From Lama glama (taxonomy: Eukaryota), in contig CM052818.1 of the NCBI GenBank assembly GCA_028534125.1, positions 33,048,001 to 33,108,000 of the forward strand: a stretch of 60,000 nucleotides of DNA, written 5' to 3'. A model generated the notes under the pieces. That model did no database searches. It was not told the DNA's origin and saw only the letters and a program-made list of their open reading frames with translations. This document shows, in pieces, positions 24,861 to 36,515 of the stretch. The position numbers and the translations under genes were made by a program. Position 1 is the first letter of the stretch. Every line of letters begins with the position of its first letter.

Positions 24861-26069
24861 AAAAATAGGACAACTTGCATTTCACTTTTGCACTTCTGTG
24901 TACGTGACCTTCCTGGTCAGTGCAATCATCTACTTGGCTTGAAAGTGATGTTAGAATGATCAAATTTTAAAAAGGCAGGGAAGGAGATAAGTATATTTAG
25001 CTTCAGATATCGAAAAGAAGATTTTTCGGCCAGACAAGAGTCTTGAAAGACAGTTTTTATTAAGAAAAAGGATGTTCTGGCTGTCTTTAACTTTCTCTTT
25101 AAGATATCAAGAAGCTAGCCTAAGAGGATTAATCTTAGAGCTTTTGCTAAAGAAGAGAACAGAGGGCAGAGCCCTGACCTCTGGTCTGGAGGATGTTGGG
25201 GAGGAGATGAGAGAGGAAGCAGATGCAGAGGAAAGTCAGGTGTGCATCCCAGTGGCCCATCTTCCAGCTGGAACCCCAGCTAGGTGGGGGAGGGAGGGGA
25301 GCCCTGGGAGGCCCTTCTCAAGCCTGGGTTCCTATGCTGTGTTAAAATGATGGCTGCGCCACATCTTTTAACTGTGGGTTTTGTATAAGAAACTGACAAA
25401 AAGCACATAGATTGAAAGCCTACTAAGCCTTTTGGGGAAAAAAAATGAACTGAACAAACAACAGCAAAAAGCACTGACTATGACCTGCCATTTAAGCATT
25501 ACTTCGGAATACAGTCCCTGGACCCCAGAGCCTACAGCAGCAGGAAGTAGACTGAACCCAGGGGACTTACTCATCAATGCTGATGTCAAGCATAGCCATG
25601 GGGGATAATGGAGCAGGAAGAAGCTCCCAGAAGGAAAAGCTCAGAGATACAGACAATGGACAAAAAAAAAAAAAAATCATAGGGAACAGAATAAGGGTGG
25701 CCAGATGGGCTACCGAGAGTTTTGCATCACTGCCTGAAATGGGTCTCCCTACTCCCGCTCATCAGCATTTGATCCTTGCTATGAACGGTGTCAGATTGTT
25801 CCCTGGCTTCCCTTCTCTGAATGGGAGTCTCCAATGCAGTGACCCTTTCCTATTTCACCTGGCATGGTAAGTATGGGGTGGAGTGTCTTCATTTATACGT
25901 GTTCAGACCTTCACCTGAAGCCCACTGAGAGGACTGCACATTGCCTGGTGACCCTGGGCCTTAATCTGCATGAGGCTTTAGGGTTGCCTCCCCTGGGGAG
26001 GAGAGGAGACAATTCGATGTATGAGAAGAAGGGAGCACGTGAGTTTCAGGGTAGCCAAAATTTGTTTGA

Positions 26070-26555
26070 ATATGAACAGAAACTACTAGTTACTTATTCC
26101 AAGATCTGGTCTTCTCTTCTTCCTTAATAACACAACAAGGCTATCACTAAAGCTGTATTCAAGACTACATTTCTCAGACTCCCTTGCAGCTAATTCAACC
26201 TTGGGTGTAAGTTCTAGCTAACAAAATATGAACAGAAACATCATAACGTTTTTCAGGGAAATCTCTATGAAAGGGAAGGAGTTGAAGTAAGAGAGAGGAG
26301 GGGCAGCTCCTCTCCTATTCCACCATACTGCTTCTTGGAAAGCAAATATGATGGCTAGAGTTTGCTAGAATGCAGATCATGGAAATTAGGGCCAAATCTC
26401 GGGAATGGACAGGCAAGGAAAGCTGGAGGATCCTGAACCCTGTCAATGTCATACAACCACCAGACCAGCCCTCAACCTCTGGCTCCAGACTTTTATAGGA
26501 GAGAATAAAACTGTGTGTTCTCTCACTGGCAGCTGAATGTAATGCTAATTGATGT
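26070..26555 (+). mobile_element. Old MLT1 (J/K-like) LTR
   Basis: gactacatttctcagactcccttgcagct, tatgatggctagag, ggagagaataaaact..gcagctgaatgtaatgctaattgat. Confidence 0.6.
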
Positions 26556-26699
26556 ACCTCCAAGACAGGCGTTGAGCGGGAGACTTACATAATTAGCTTG
26601 GCAGTGGGGCCCCAGAACCTGCAGCAGCAGGCAAGAGACTGAACACATGAAATTGGTGTGGTGCTCTGGCTGCAGAGTAGGGCTTGGAGGTGGCTGTAG

Positions 26700-27030
26700 T
26701 TGTCTAGGTGAGGGGGGAACAGGGGCTCCTACAAGGGTGGTGATGGTAGGGCTGGATAGAACATGAGATCTGAAACACACTTGGGAGGTGAGACAGGAGT
26801 TGGTGGTGGTGAGGAAGGGATGAGAGTCAAGGTCAGGAAGAGGGAAGCCGAAAAGAATGGCATTTCCAAGAAGGAGCAGTTAGCGGTGCTGGCTGCTGTG
26901 CTGCGGTCAAGGAAGATGCGGGCTGAGATGCATCTGCAGGATTTGGTCACAAGGAAGAAGTCTCAGGGCAGTGGAGGCGGGAGCAGACTTGAGTGGGTAG
27001 AGGGAAGAGTGGGAGGTGAGGAAGTGGGCA
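26700..27030 (-). mobile_element. L2 LINE fragment
   Basis: gtcaaggaagatgcgggctgaga..ggatttggtcacaagga, gtgggaggtgaggaagtg. Confidence 0.55.
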
Positions 27031-28534
27031 CCGCAAGCAAAGATAACACCTCCGAGGCTGGACTGGGGGTTGGAGTCACAGCAGGGCTCTTACTGTTTTT
27101 AAGATGGACGAGACTTGACCTCATTTAATGCCAACAGGAAGGCCCTCGAGAGGCAGAGGTCAGCGACAGGATAAGAAGAGGAGGAAGCTGCTTGATGAGG
27201 GACCCTGAGCTGGGTGGAGAAAGGAGGCTCGGGGAGCAGGAGGGACCCTTCTCGGGGAGCAGGTGAAGGAGGGAAGGCAGGAGACACGTGGCTCTCTCCT
27301 GGGTTGTGGGCAGAGCCTTCTCACAGACTCCCTGCCCCTGGCCTCCTTCCTCCCCGCCCCTAAGCCCCATCCTGCACATCTGTTGCATTCATCTTCCTGG
27401 AGTGTGAATGGCTGTGTCACCCACCACGCCCCCTGATCATTCATAGCCCCTCTGCAGCTCCCAATACTGCAAAACAAAGTTGTCATTTCTGGTTACTTCT
27501 GGGGTCTCAGCTTCAATGCCACTAGTTCTGGGAAGGCCCCCAGATTAGGGAAAGTCCCGGTTGTACCCATGACACATACCCTTTACACAGTATGTATCTT
27601 CTTTGAGACACTCAGTGAACTTGTAGTTACTTGATCCTAGTCCATTAGACGGTGGCAGGGGCACATGTGTGTGTGCACATGTGTCTATACTGGCGTGTAT
27701 GTGTGTGCTTCCTTATCTCTCTCTCCAGCACGAAGGACAGAGCCTGGCACAAACAGGCACTACATCGTGCTGAACGACCGACTGATGAAAATATTCACGT
27801 CTGTCATTAAGGCCCTCAAGATCTCAGGCTAAATTTCCAGCATCCCCTAAACCTGCCCATGCTCCAAATGTTGGGGACTCCTTGCTGATCCCCAAAGCAG
27901 CCCCACTCTTTCCTCCTGCACCAGGTCTCTGCTCAGACTGCTCCCTGTGCCGGGCATGCCTGCCCTCCGCTCCGTCCCGTGCAGGTGCCCACTCCTCCTT
28001 CCAGTCCCAGCCTCTCCCACTGTGGAATCTTCTCTGAAACCCCACCTGCCACAGGCCCAGTCACTTAGCATCCACCATGAATGTCTATCTTCCCTGCCCC
28101 TTAACTCCTATCAGAATCTAACCTCCTTGAGGGAAACTTCTAGTTTGTAGCTAATTGATATTTCAAATGAAAACATTTGTGGAGCAAAGAGACTCCTTAT
28201 ATAACACTTGTATAAACAGCGCCTTATACAACTGTGTCCCCAATGGTGCCTTCATAGTGTCATGTACTTAGTAGGGATACAAAAATATTTTTGAATGAAT
28301 GAGATATTAACTTCCTCATACCTATAAGAATATGACGGCGACATCCTCCATCTACACGTTAACTTTTTAAATTAATTTAAACGTGGTTCTCCTACATTTA
28401 TAACACAAAAAAGGGGGTCTGTTTTCATTAGTAAATGAGGTCTGTGCTTTCAGGTTTATTCCATCTTTACTTGAGAAACAAATGCATGCCTTATGCAGCA
28501 GATCAAGGTAGCGACTGTATTTGCCAGTGTACCA

Positions 28535-28675
28535 GACACGCCACTGTGTAAGGGAAAAGGAATTTCTCCTGGAGCTGATAATTTCCAACACATTCAGCAA
28601 CATTTGTCTCTTCTGAACAAGACCACGTATGTGAAGGCATAGGAAATTCATGAAGCGCTCAAATAAGGAGGAAAC
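28535..28675 (+). repeat. Inverted repeat, left arm
   Basis: 28539-28612 matches the reverse complement of 29984-30057 at 63/74 ungapped positions (core 29/30); gapped similarity continues to 28675/29910. Confidence 0.9.
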
Positions 28676-28769
28676 TATATTGCTATCCATAGCTCTTATT
28701 TTCTGTGCTAATGTTTCATGATTGTTTTTTAGTTCAGAAAATAGTCATTGGGATTCTCAAAAATACTAC

Positions 28770-29005
28770 CTAAATATAAATCCATCGAGACAGAAAGCAG
28801 GTTGGCGGCTGCCAGGGACTGGAGGCCGAGGGAACGGGAGTGACTGTGTGATGGGTCAGGGTTTCCTTTCCGGGCAGTGAAGATGTTTTGGAACTAGATG
28901 GAAATGAAAGTGGACCAACATGGTGAAGGTGCTGAATGCCACTGAATCGTTTACTTTAAAGTGGTTGCTTTTATGTCATGTGAATTTCACCTCAATTTTA
29001 AAAAA
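28770..29005 (+). mobile_element. L1MB-like 3' end lying inside the loop of the inverted repeat
   Basis: aaatccatcgagacagaaagcag ... gaatgccactgaat ... tgtgaatttcacctcaattttaaaaaa. Confidence 0.8.
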
Positions 29006-29909
29006 TTGCCTATCACCTAAATAACACTGAACAAATTTTAAATGTCCTGCAGGGCAAGACAGTGTTATATTCTAGAGCAGCCCCAGAGCCAAGGTCCGGC
29101 AGCCCCCTACATTTCACCTTTGGATAAGGAATGGGATCCCCCATGGATAAGCAGGGCCGGGTCCTCAAAGCATCCCCAGAGACACTCAGCTGAGCTCCAT
29201 TACGAACCAGCCCAGCACAGCCCAGTGTGTGTATTTTGGTCTGTTACTCCGTTGGCTGCCACAAGGACTTGTTAAAGTATTTAGTTTGATTAAGGACTTT
29301 CTAATTCCAGAGGAGGAGCCTAAAGCAGGCTTTATTTTTTTCCTTTAAACCAGTGGAACTTTCCAGACAACAACTGGCTGACTGTGGATGGCGCCCCATA
29401 CACTTCGCTGGGTGCTGGGCCGTCTGTCCATCAGGGCCCAGTGGGGAGGAAGGAGGAGGATCCTGCCCCAATAGGCAGAGTCCCAGGCTACCGTGTCTCT
29501 CCACTCCAGGCAGGTCCTGCAGAGGCAAAGGCTAGCTGTAAGGAAGGGTGGGCGGACTTGTCCTAACAGCTCTCAGCTTCTCAGGAAACAGTGCTTCTGT
29601 TGTGTTGTCAGGGGAGGAACAGACTCTGTCAGCAAGAGCAAGGGCAGGTGCAAGGGCAGCGTCCGGGGTCAGGTGCGCGGCTGGGGGAGGGGAGGCCATC
29701 AGCCCTCCTCCTCGCTGGGGCCTGCTGCCTGCGGGCGGGCCTGGCGGGGGGCCCGGGCCGGCGGGGGCTGGGCTGCCCACGTACAAGTCTCCATCCATCC
29801 TTCAAACACACCAGACCCAAAGGGAAATCACACCCTTCCGTTTCAAACATGGCCTTGGAGCCCAGAGGCTGTGTTACAATCAAGTTGCATCAGTCAACTT
29901 TATAACCAG

Positions 29910-30060
29910 GTTTCCCCTTATATTTTTCTAGCACATCATACCTTTTCATAGGCCTTCACATACATCGTCTCACTCAGTAGCCCAAGAGACAAACATTGCA
30001 GACTGCCTTGGAAAATACCAGCTCCAGGAGAAATTCCTCTTCCCTTACTCAGCGGCGGTC
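29910..30060 (-). repeat. Inverted repeat, right arm
   Basis: Reverse complement of the left arm; see above. Confidence 0.9.
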
Positions 30061-31690
30061 CAGTGAACAAAGAAAGCCCGGTGACAAAGTTGTGTTTACT
30101 TGGGAAACTCTAGGTCCAGCAAAAGGGGACCGTCCCAGGAATCCCTCAGCAAGACATCTTTCCCAAGGAAGAAAACCCTGCTTAATCTTTCAAACTCCAA
30201 CTTTGTTGGAAAGTTAATCAATGGAATTTACCATCAACCCAGATCACTTTACCAAAACAGTCTAGACCCAGCAGTGACTGCAAAATTCCCCAACAGCCCC
30301 TGTTAGAGCCAAACAGCGGTGGCCTCTTGTTGTTTTTCTCAATAAAAGGCTAAAAAGCCGTCTGGATGCTTTTACGGCGTTACAACTGCTCAGAGAAGCA
30401 GGACTGCTGATGACGCCATCTAATAAGCACCTGGCAACCATCAGCCTCTCTAATTGCCAAAGTGGGTGAAGAGGTGGGAATTTAAACAAACCAAGTAGAT
30501 TTTGAAGTGTTGCTGGAAGGTGAAAAATGTTATTGCAGTGCCTAGGCATGAGAGACAAGCAGAAACACATGCTTCTCTCCGGACAGCATCATCCCGAAAG
30601 CCGACAGAAGCCGATGTCAACATTCCCAGCATCTGCCTCCTTGACACTTACACCACAGAGACACACCAGTTGCTCAGGAAAATACAGGGACCGCTGAGAC
30701 ACCCCAGACTCTGTCTGTGTTGTTACTCAGGCAGAAGTGGCCACTCGGAAGCCTGGTGCTGAGAGTTTTGAGTCCCCCGTTCCCTTATACCCCGGGCCCT
30801 CTCCAAAGGGAGGGGAGGAGACGTCAGAATCCTCCCAGTGGGAGTGCTCTTATCGTACTATCATTACCCTCCTCCTTTACACAGAGGAAACTAAGGCTCA
30901 GAGAGGTTCAATGGCCAGTAAGTAGTGGGGGCAGACCTAGGATTCAGGGCCCCGTGACTCACAGTCCAGTGCTCTTGGGTCCTCTGGCTATACCCTGAGG
31001 TCGTCTTAAGCAGGTTAGTGGGGAGTGGTGCCATTTCAGGGCCTACCTATCAGCCAGCGCTAACTAATGACAGGTGTGCCTGCACACCGTTTAGGCTGCC
31101 GGCACACCACCCAGCACAGATGCTCCTCATCCACCCTGGGTTTCCCGGGCTACAGGGCAATGGGGTCTGGCTGACACTTCTCAGTGTTCCACACCCAACA
31201 ACCTGCATCTATTCAAAAAGGAAATCTGGAGCTGTGATCGTCCCACTTACTTGCATGCCTTGGTCATTTTCAGAGCCCTTTCCTGTGCATGATCTCATGT
31301 GACCACCTGGACAATGTGAGCAATAACTTTGATTGGCTTTTTGAAGATTCCTGGGTTTCCAGAGTCAACTTTGGTCAAACAAGATACCCCCACGAAGGGA
31401 CAGGAACTTTACTGGCTCACACCTTGGCAGTACTTGGCAGCTGGCTGAGAATCAGGCCCTGAGAAGTGGGGAGCAGGATTGGAAGAGGTTGGAGAGGATC
31501 CAGGGGAGAAAGAAGGACGAGAAAGGGAGGTGGGGGAGTTTGAGGCCCCTCTCAGCAGCTCACCTCAGTTTTGCAGAAACAGGTTCCAGGGGAGCCATTC
31601 CCTGCTTCCCCATTCCCACCAGAGACCAACTCTGCCCACGGGCCAAAAGTAGAAAAATCTAGAAGACAAAGAGAAGTGACAGGAGAGATG

Positions 31691-31754
31691 GGAAGAAATG
31701 ATAGAATAAACCAACCATCAGAGGCTCTTCAATCTTAATTCATTTTATTCTACA
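31691..31754 (-). terminator. FOSL2: Poly(A) signal of FOSL2: UGUA + AAUAAA + downstream GU/U-rich element
   Basis: Minus strand reads tttTGTAgAATAAAatgaattaagattgaagagcctcTGATGGTTGGTTTATTCTATCATTTCTTCC. Confidence 0.8.
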
Positions 31755-32895
31755 AAATGCTACTCAATTGAAAGTGGAAAAGCTAACCAAAAAAAAAAAA
31801 AAAGGAAAAAGGAAAAAAAAAGTTCTAGTATGTTCTTTCTTCCATAGCAGCAAGCTTTTTCTAACAAGCTTTCTTTAGTGCAAATACTGTAGGCTTGTAT
31901 TACAGTAAAATAACAAAACAAAACAACAGAACACCACCAGAGATGCTTCAGAGCAAAGCTACTCCTCAATTTTCAAAACTATACAAAGATTTTTGAGCTC
32001 ATGGTCCTGCCTGGAGAGGCCTATTTAGAAGTCTTTCCAATGGGACCATTTCACCAATACTTTAAAAAAAAGGAAAAAAAAAAGGTGCTCAGAAAGATAA
32101 TTAAATTCCCCATCAAGTTATAGGAATCTTGTACAACTTTTTTTTTTTGCCTCAGGATTTTATAGCAGTCTTTACTCCACATCATCGACATACCTCAAAT
32201 ACAGATGCACAAAGCTTATGATTGTCCACTATATACCAAAATACTATATATACATCTCTCACTGCAGGAAAAAACACCCTGATACCTATTCTTTATACAA
32301 AGGTGAAAATTTTCTTCCTTGACATCAAGTAACCACAAACTAAAATAAATGGAATAAACTTTTAATCATACAGAGAAAACAATTTTTGAGGAACAGGGCA
32401 GGATCTTTCCTTATGTTCTCTTACAATGTAGACTTCTTGGTGACTACTGTCCCCAAAGGAATGACAGTCCATCTTTAAAAACAGAACCTTTTTATACAGT
32501 TTATACAGCACAAGTCACAAATCATTTTAGAAACAAACAAAAAGCATCATTAGCCTAAATTTTTTTTAAAATTGTAAAGAAGAAAGAGAGGGAGAGAGGA
32601 ACTGAGCATTTTAATGCTATCTTTTTCTATTTGGGCGTGGTACAACACAAAGATGTAAACATTTAAAATAAATAATAAAATAAATGTCAATTTCTTCTCC
32701 GCCTCCTGTTCCCATACCCCGCTCAAAATTTGACCCAGCTCCTCCTGAACATGTCAGCATTGGAAAATTAAAACCCTCTGTTGATGTATGGCCAAAATAC
32801 TAGAAGCATGAGAAGGTGTCAATTTAGTAGTGGGATGACTGGGTTTCTTTTTTAAAAGCTGCAGGAGGACATGGGCCTAGAAACACCTAGAAATG

Positions 32896-32898
<3 letters not shown>

Positions 32899-32930
<32 letters not shown>
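32899..32930. repeat. (AC)16 microsatellite in the FOSL2 3' UTR ((GU)n on the mRNA)
   Basis: Perfect dinucleotide run. Confidence 0.95.
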
Positions 32931-32934
<4 letters not shown>

Positions 32935-33199
32935 CTTGTCAATAAATAGTGAGATGCTGGCTTTTAAGATGAATGCCAAGAAGACTCAACAAGCAGAAAA
33001 TAGCAAGACCCCTTTACTTCAGTTTTCGAAAGAAAGGTACACACACCACATATCCTATTGGTCCACAAATTCTATAAGGACTCAGGTTATCCTTCCAACC
33101 ATCTGAAGAATGCAAAGGAGCAAATCCCAGGGCAAAGAAGTTGAGAGATGGGAGGATATTGTAAGGGGTGGGTCTTTGAGAACAAACCTCGGATCAAAG

Positions 33200-33370
33200 G
33201 CAATCTTGCCTTGGATCTTTGGAGAAAGACCTTCTCACCTCCAAGTGCTTTTGTGTATCCCTTACATGGGGGCCTTTAATGAGGGAAGTCCTCATCACTT
33301 AGTCTCATCCTAAAGAGGGTATATGTATAAAAGTGCCTAACGCAGGGCCCGGCACATGGTAGGTGCTATT
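33200..33370 (+). mobile_element. Decayed MIR in the FOSL2 3' UTR
   Basis: tatgtataaaagtgcctaacgcagggcccggcacatggtaggtgct matches the MIR 3' end. Confidence 0.6.
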
Positions 33371-36300
33371 CTTTGCTTCTTAAAGAGGCCACGTGGATGT
33401 CTGATCATGGAAGGAGATCAACCTGGAAGTTAAAAGGTGAGATTGCAAGGAGCACTACTGGTCCATCAAGGAAAGGGGGAGAAAAGACCCAGTGCCTCCA
33501 TGTTGAGCTCCTCTTTAAAATGGAGCCAAGCGGGAGCAGAGGAGACTCCCTTCCCCAAAGCCTGAGAAAGGGAAGCAACAGCCGCTGATGGCCCTTGGCT
33601 TTGAGATGCTGTGGGACTGCCCATGGTGGACACACCAGGCCTTTCTCACAAGCAGAACAACGATTTCTTTCCGAAAACTTCCCCAGTGAATCCGAGTTGG
33701 CTCTGGTGATTTCCTAAGCTTCACCTGGGATCTCCTCTCTTTCCTGTGTCAGCAGCTATCCCCACCCACCCGGTCAGGAAGAGGACTAGTCCCAGAGAGG
33801 CCGGCCAGGGCGCCAAGGGGACCGTGTGTTTCACAGCAGCCTGTCAAGGAGTGCCTGCCCTGTGCCATCCCAGAGCTGCCTGCAGCCCAGCTGGAGTGCG
33901 CACCAGCTGCCTCACGGCTGGGGACACGGGGAAAACACAGCGGTTCCCAGCCCAGGCACAAAGGCCCGCTGCAGCTGCTCCCTGAGCCAGCTCCACGGGG
34001 GAGGAGGCGGCAGGCCTGGTGTCCGGCGTGAACTTGCAGAACCAGCCAGAGGTAACTGAGGACGTGTAACTGTGAGTCAGGTGTGAATATTCAGCCTTCC
34101 CCGATAACCTCTGGCTTTGGAGAGACCAAACTACCTCCCAGAACAAAGCCAGAGGGTCCTGAATAGAAACACAGCTTGGAGGCCTCGAAAGTCCTGCGGG
34201 GCAGCCGGATTTTTTGCTTTCTGCTGGTCCCAAAGCCAACACAGAACTGAAATCTGAACGAAAGCCAAACTCCATCTCAAGAACATTACAGCCTGGCCCC
34301 AAGTCACAGATCAGGAGCTGCCTTGGGATCAGTGCAAAGAGGGGCACAAAGGGATTTTGAGAAATAAAACACCAGAAAGCAGCTTCATTTAAGAAATATA
34401 TATATATATAGCTCCCAGTTGGCCACAAATGCCACTTGAGATGATTAAGCCTTTCAGAGCTGAGCGCACCCCTGTTCTCTTCGCCTGTCTCCTGGCTTCT
34501 TTGATTAATGTGAAGCCAGAAACCCAACTGCCCAATCTTATCAGGAGCGCTGCTCCCAGAACCTCTGGGAAACTGGGAGGGCATCACAGCCAAGGAATGT
34601 GGGAAATAACATCGTTAGAGCATCTGGGAACAGATCCTTCCTTTATCTTTCAGCCTCCTCTCTCTGTGTGCCCTGTCCCTCCACACGTCACTTCCAGTCA
34701 TAGCGGGCTGTGTATTTCAGGCATACAGCTGTTCCATTCTGTGGCTAGTGCTCAGTAAGTGGATGATGGACATTAAACAACGGCCAGCGTGAGAGGCCTG
34801 GCTGTTGAAGGAACAGGTGAGCAACTGTGTCACTCTTTCTCCCTCGCTCCTGAGTCCAACTTTGAGATTTAATCCCCACTAGGTTGATTTAAAGAATATC
34901 CATATAGTTTTAAGTTATCACACGATGATCTCTAGAGATGAATCACAACAGCGAGGTCTCCCTCAGAGCACTAGCCCAGCAGAGGCCAATCCTGGAAGAT
35001 GGGTGGGAGCTATGCCCTGGGGAGAAAAGGGCTCAGAGAGGTGAGGGGCAGGGACCACGCTGAACTCTGCCAAGCTGTGCTCTTGGGGAGGCAGGAGGAC
35101 CCCCTTCCTCACCCCCCAAGCCATAGGAAGGGGGCAGCTTGCTGGCAGTGGGAAGCAACACATCTCATCTCTGATTTCAGCAGCCCCCAGGAATGGCGCA
35201 TAAGCTGCAAGCCACAGCTGGCTGACGGACCTGAGGAGCACAGGGGGGCAAGGGGGCAGGGGAGTGTAAGAGAGCAAGCACTAGATCCATCAGGCAGCAG
35301 GTGACCACAGAGGGTAGAAAAGGCCTGGCACCTCACTGAGAGGCGAGAAGCAGGTACTGGGGCTGCTGTGAGGCGATCCCCACTCCAGCTGCCTCCCTCC
35401 TTCCTCCCCCTGCCTTTCCATCCATAGCAGAGGCGCCTCTGAGGCCTGGGGAGGGGCCACACAGCAGCAATCTGGGGAGGGGCCAGGCCAACGCTCATTA
35501 AACCTCCATGGGTGGCGTCACCCTGAGAGGCAGGGTGGGGGAGGGCGGAGCCTGCAGGGACTTGGGAGTGATGTGAGGTTCCTAGGGGTGCCTCCTTGGT
35601 CTGGAGAGAAGGGTCCAGGGGCAGAATGGTGGGGCAGTAATTACAGGAGACGTCCTACTCAAGACGCCGGGTGAAGGGAAGCTGGCTAGGACACTCTTGT
35701 GGCTTGTTGGCACTATTCCTCGCCTCGTAATTAGGCGTTTGGCAAACCCAATCTGTGCCCGAGCTGTCTCACTCATACCCTGTCTTCTGGCCAAGCCGCT
35801 CCTCCAAAGGCCATGTCTGAGGATGGGGAGGGAGGGTCCTCCAAGCCTCCGTGATGGCAGCATCTCCGTGAGAGCTCATGGAGCCCTGCTGCTGGTTCTG
35901 GAGATGGTGGTGGGCTGGGGAGTTTCAGGGGAGGGAAGGTTCTGTATTGCACATTGACTGTCCCCTTCTGGACGAGCCAGCCCCAGCAGAAGAGTCACTT
36001 GCTGCCCCATCTCCAGAAATGAAGAGCTTTAATATTCAGACCACCCAGATGAAATGTCATGGTGAATTTGATAAAAACCAAGAGGAAGTAAAATTGACAC
36101 TGGGGGAAGGAAGGGGCAAATAGAGGGGAGGTGAAACCAAAAGGCACTGAGCATGCTTGGTGGGGCGGGGAAAGACACCATCACTCCAGAGACATGTCGT
36201 AACAAAGGGACAGGAACGGTCCACACCAGCTTCAAGCTCTTCAGAAGCCAGAGAGATGCCAGAGTCCACCAAATGAAGTTCTCCAAGGCTTTTCAAGAAA

Positions 36301-36515
36301 CAGGATTTGCTTTGCCAGATGAACAAGGGAGGAGGTCCCATGACTTTCAGGTGATCATCCAAGTCCTCCAATGCCTCACCACCAAATCCCCTTGGGTCTC
36401 CCAGAGCCAGGAAGCTCTCCAGCAGGTTCCCCCTCTTGCCCTCACGGCCCTGGAGTGCTAGAAGGTGCTGGTCCCTGGGAAGGAGGCAGTGACGAGGACC
36501 CCTCTGGGAGCTGGG

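Larger units (their letters stand above)
31728..36515 (-). other. FOSL2: FOSL2 long 3' UTR (~4.8 kb)
   Basis: Runs from the stop codon to the AATAAA at 31749-31744; distal 1.3 kb is strongly U/AU-rich on the mRNA strand, as expected for an immediate-early gene; cleavage position approximate. Confidence 0.75.

Noticed and set aside
1..31600. Exons of a neighbouring gene (PLB1 lies downstream of FOSL2 in human) or a processed pseudogene
   Set aside because: No translated segment that I recognise; region is repeats plus unique non-coding DNA
33844..34593. Longest ORF in the track (249 aa; ATG at 34584), sense strand within the 3' UTR
   Set aside because: No recognisable domain, reads through a (TA)n run, and one ORF of this length is plausible by chance in 60 kb of GC-rich six-frame sequence; would need Ribo-seq or PhyloCSF support
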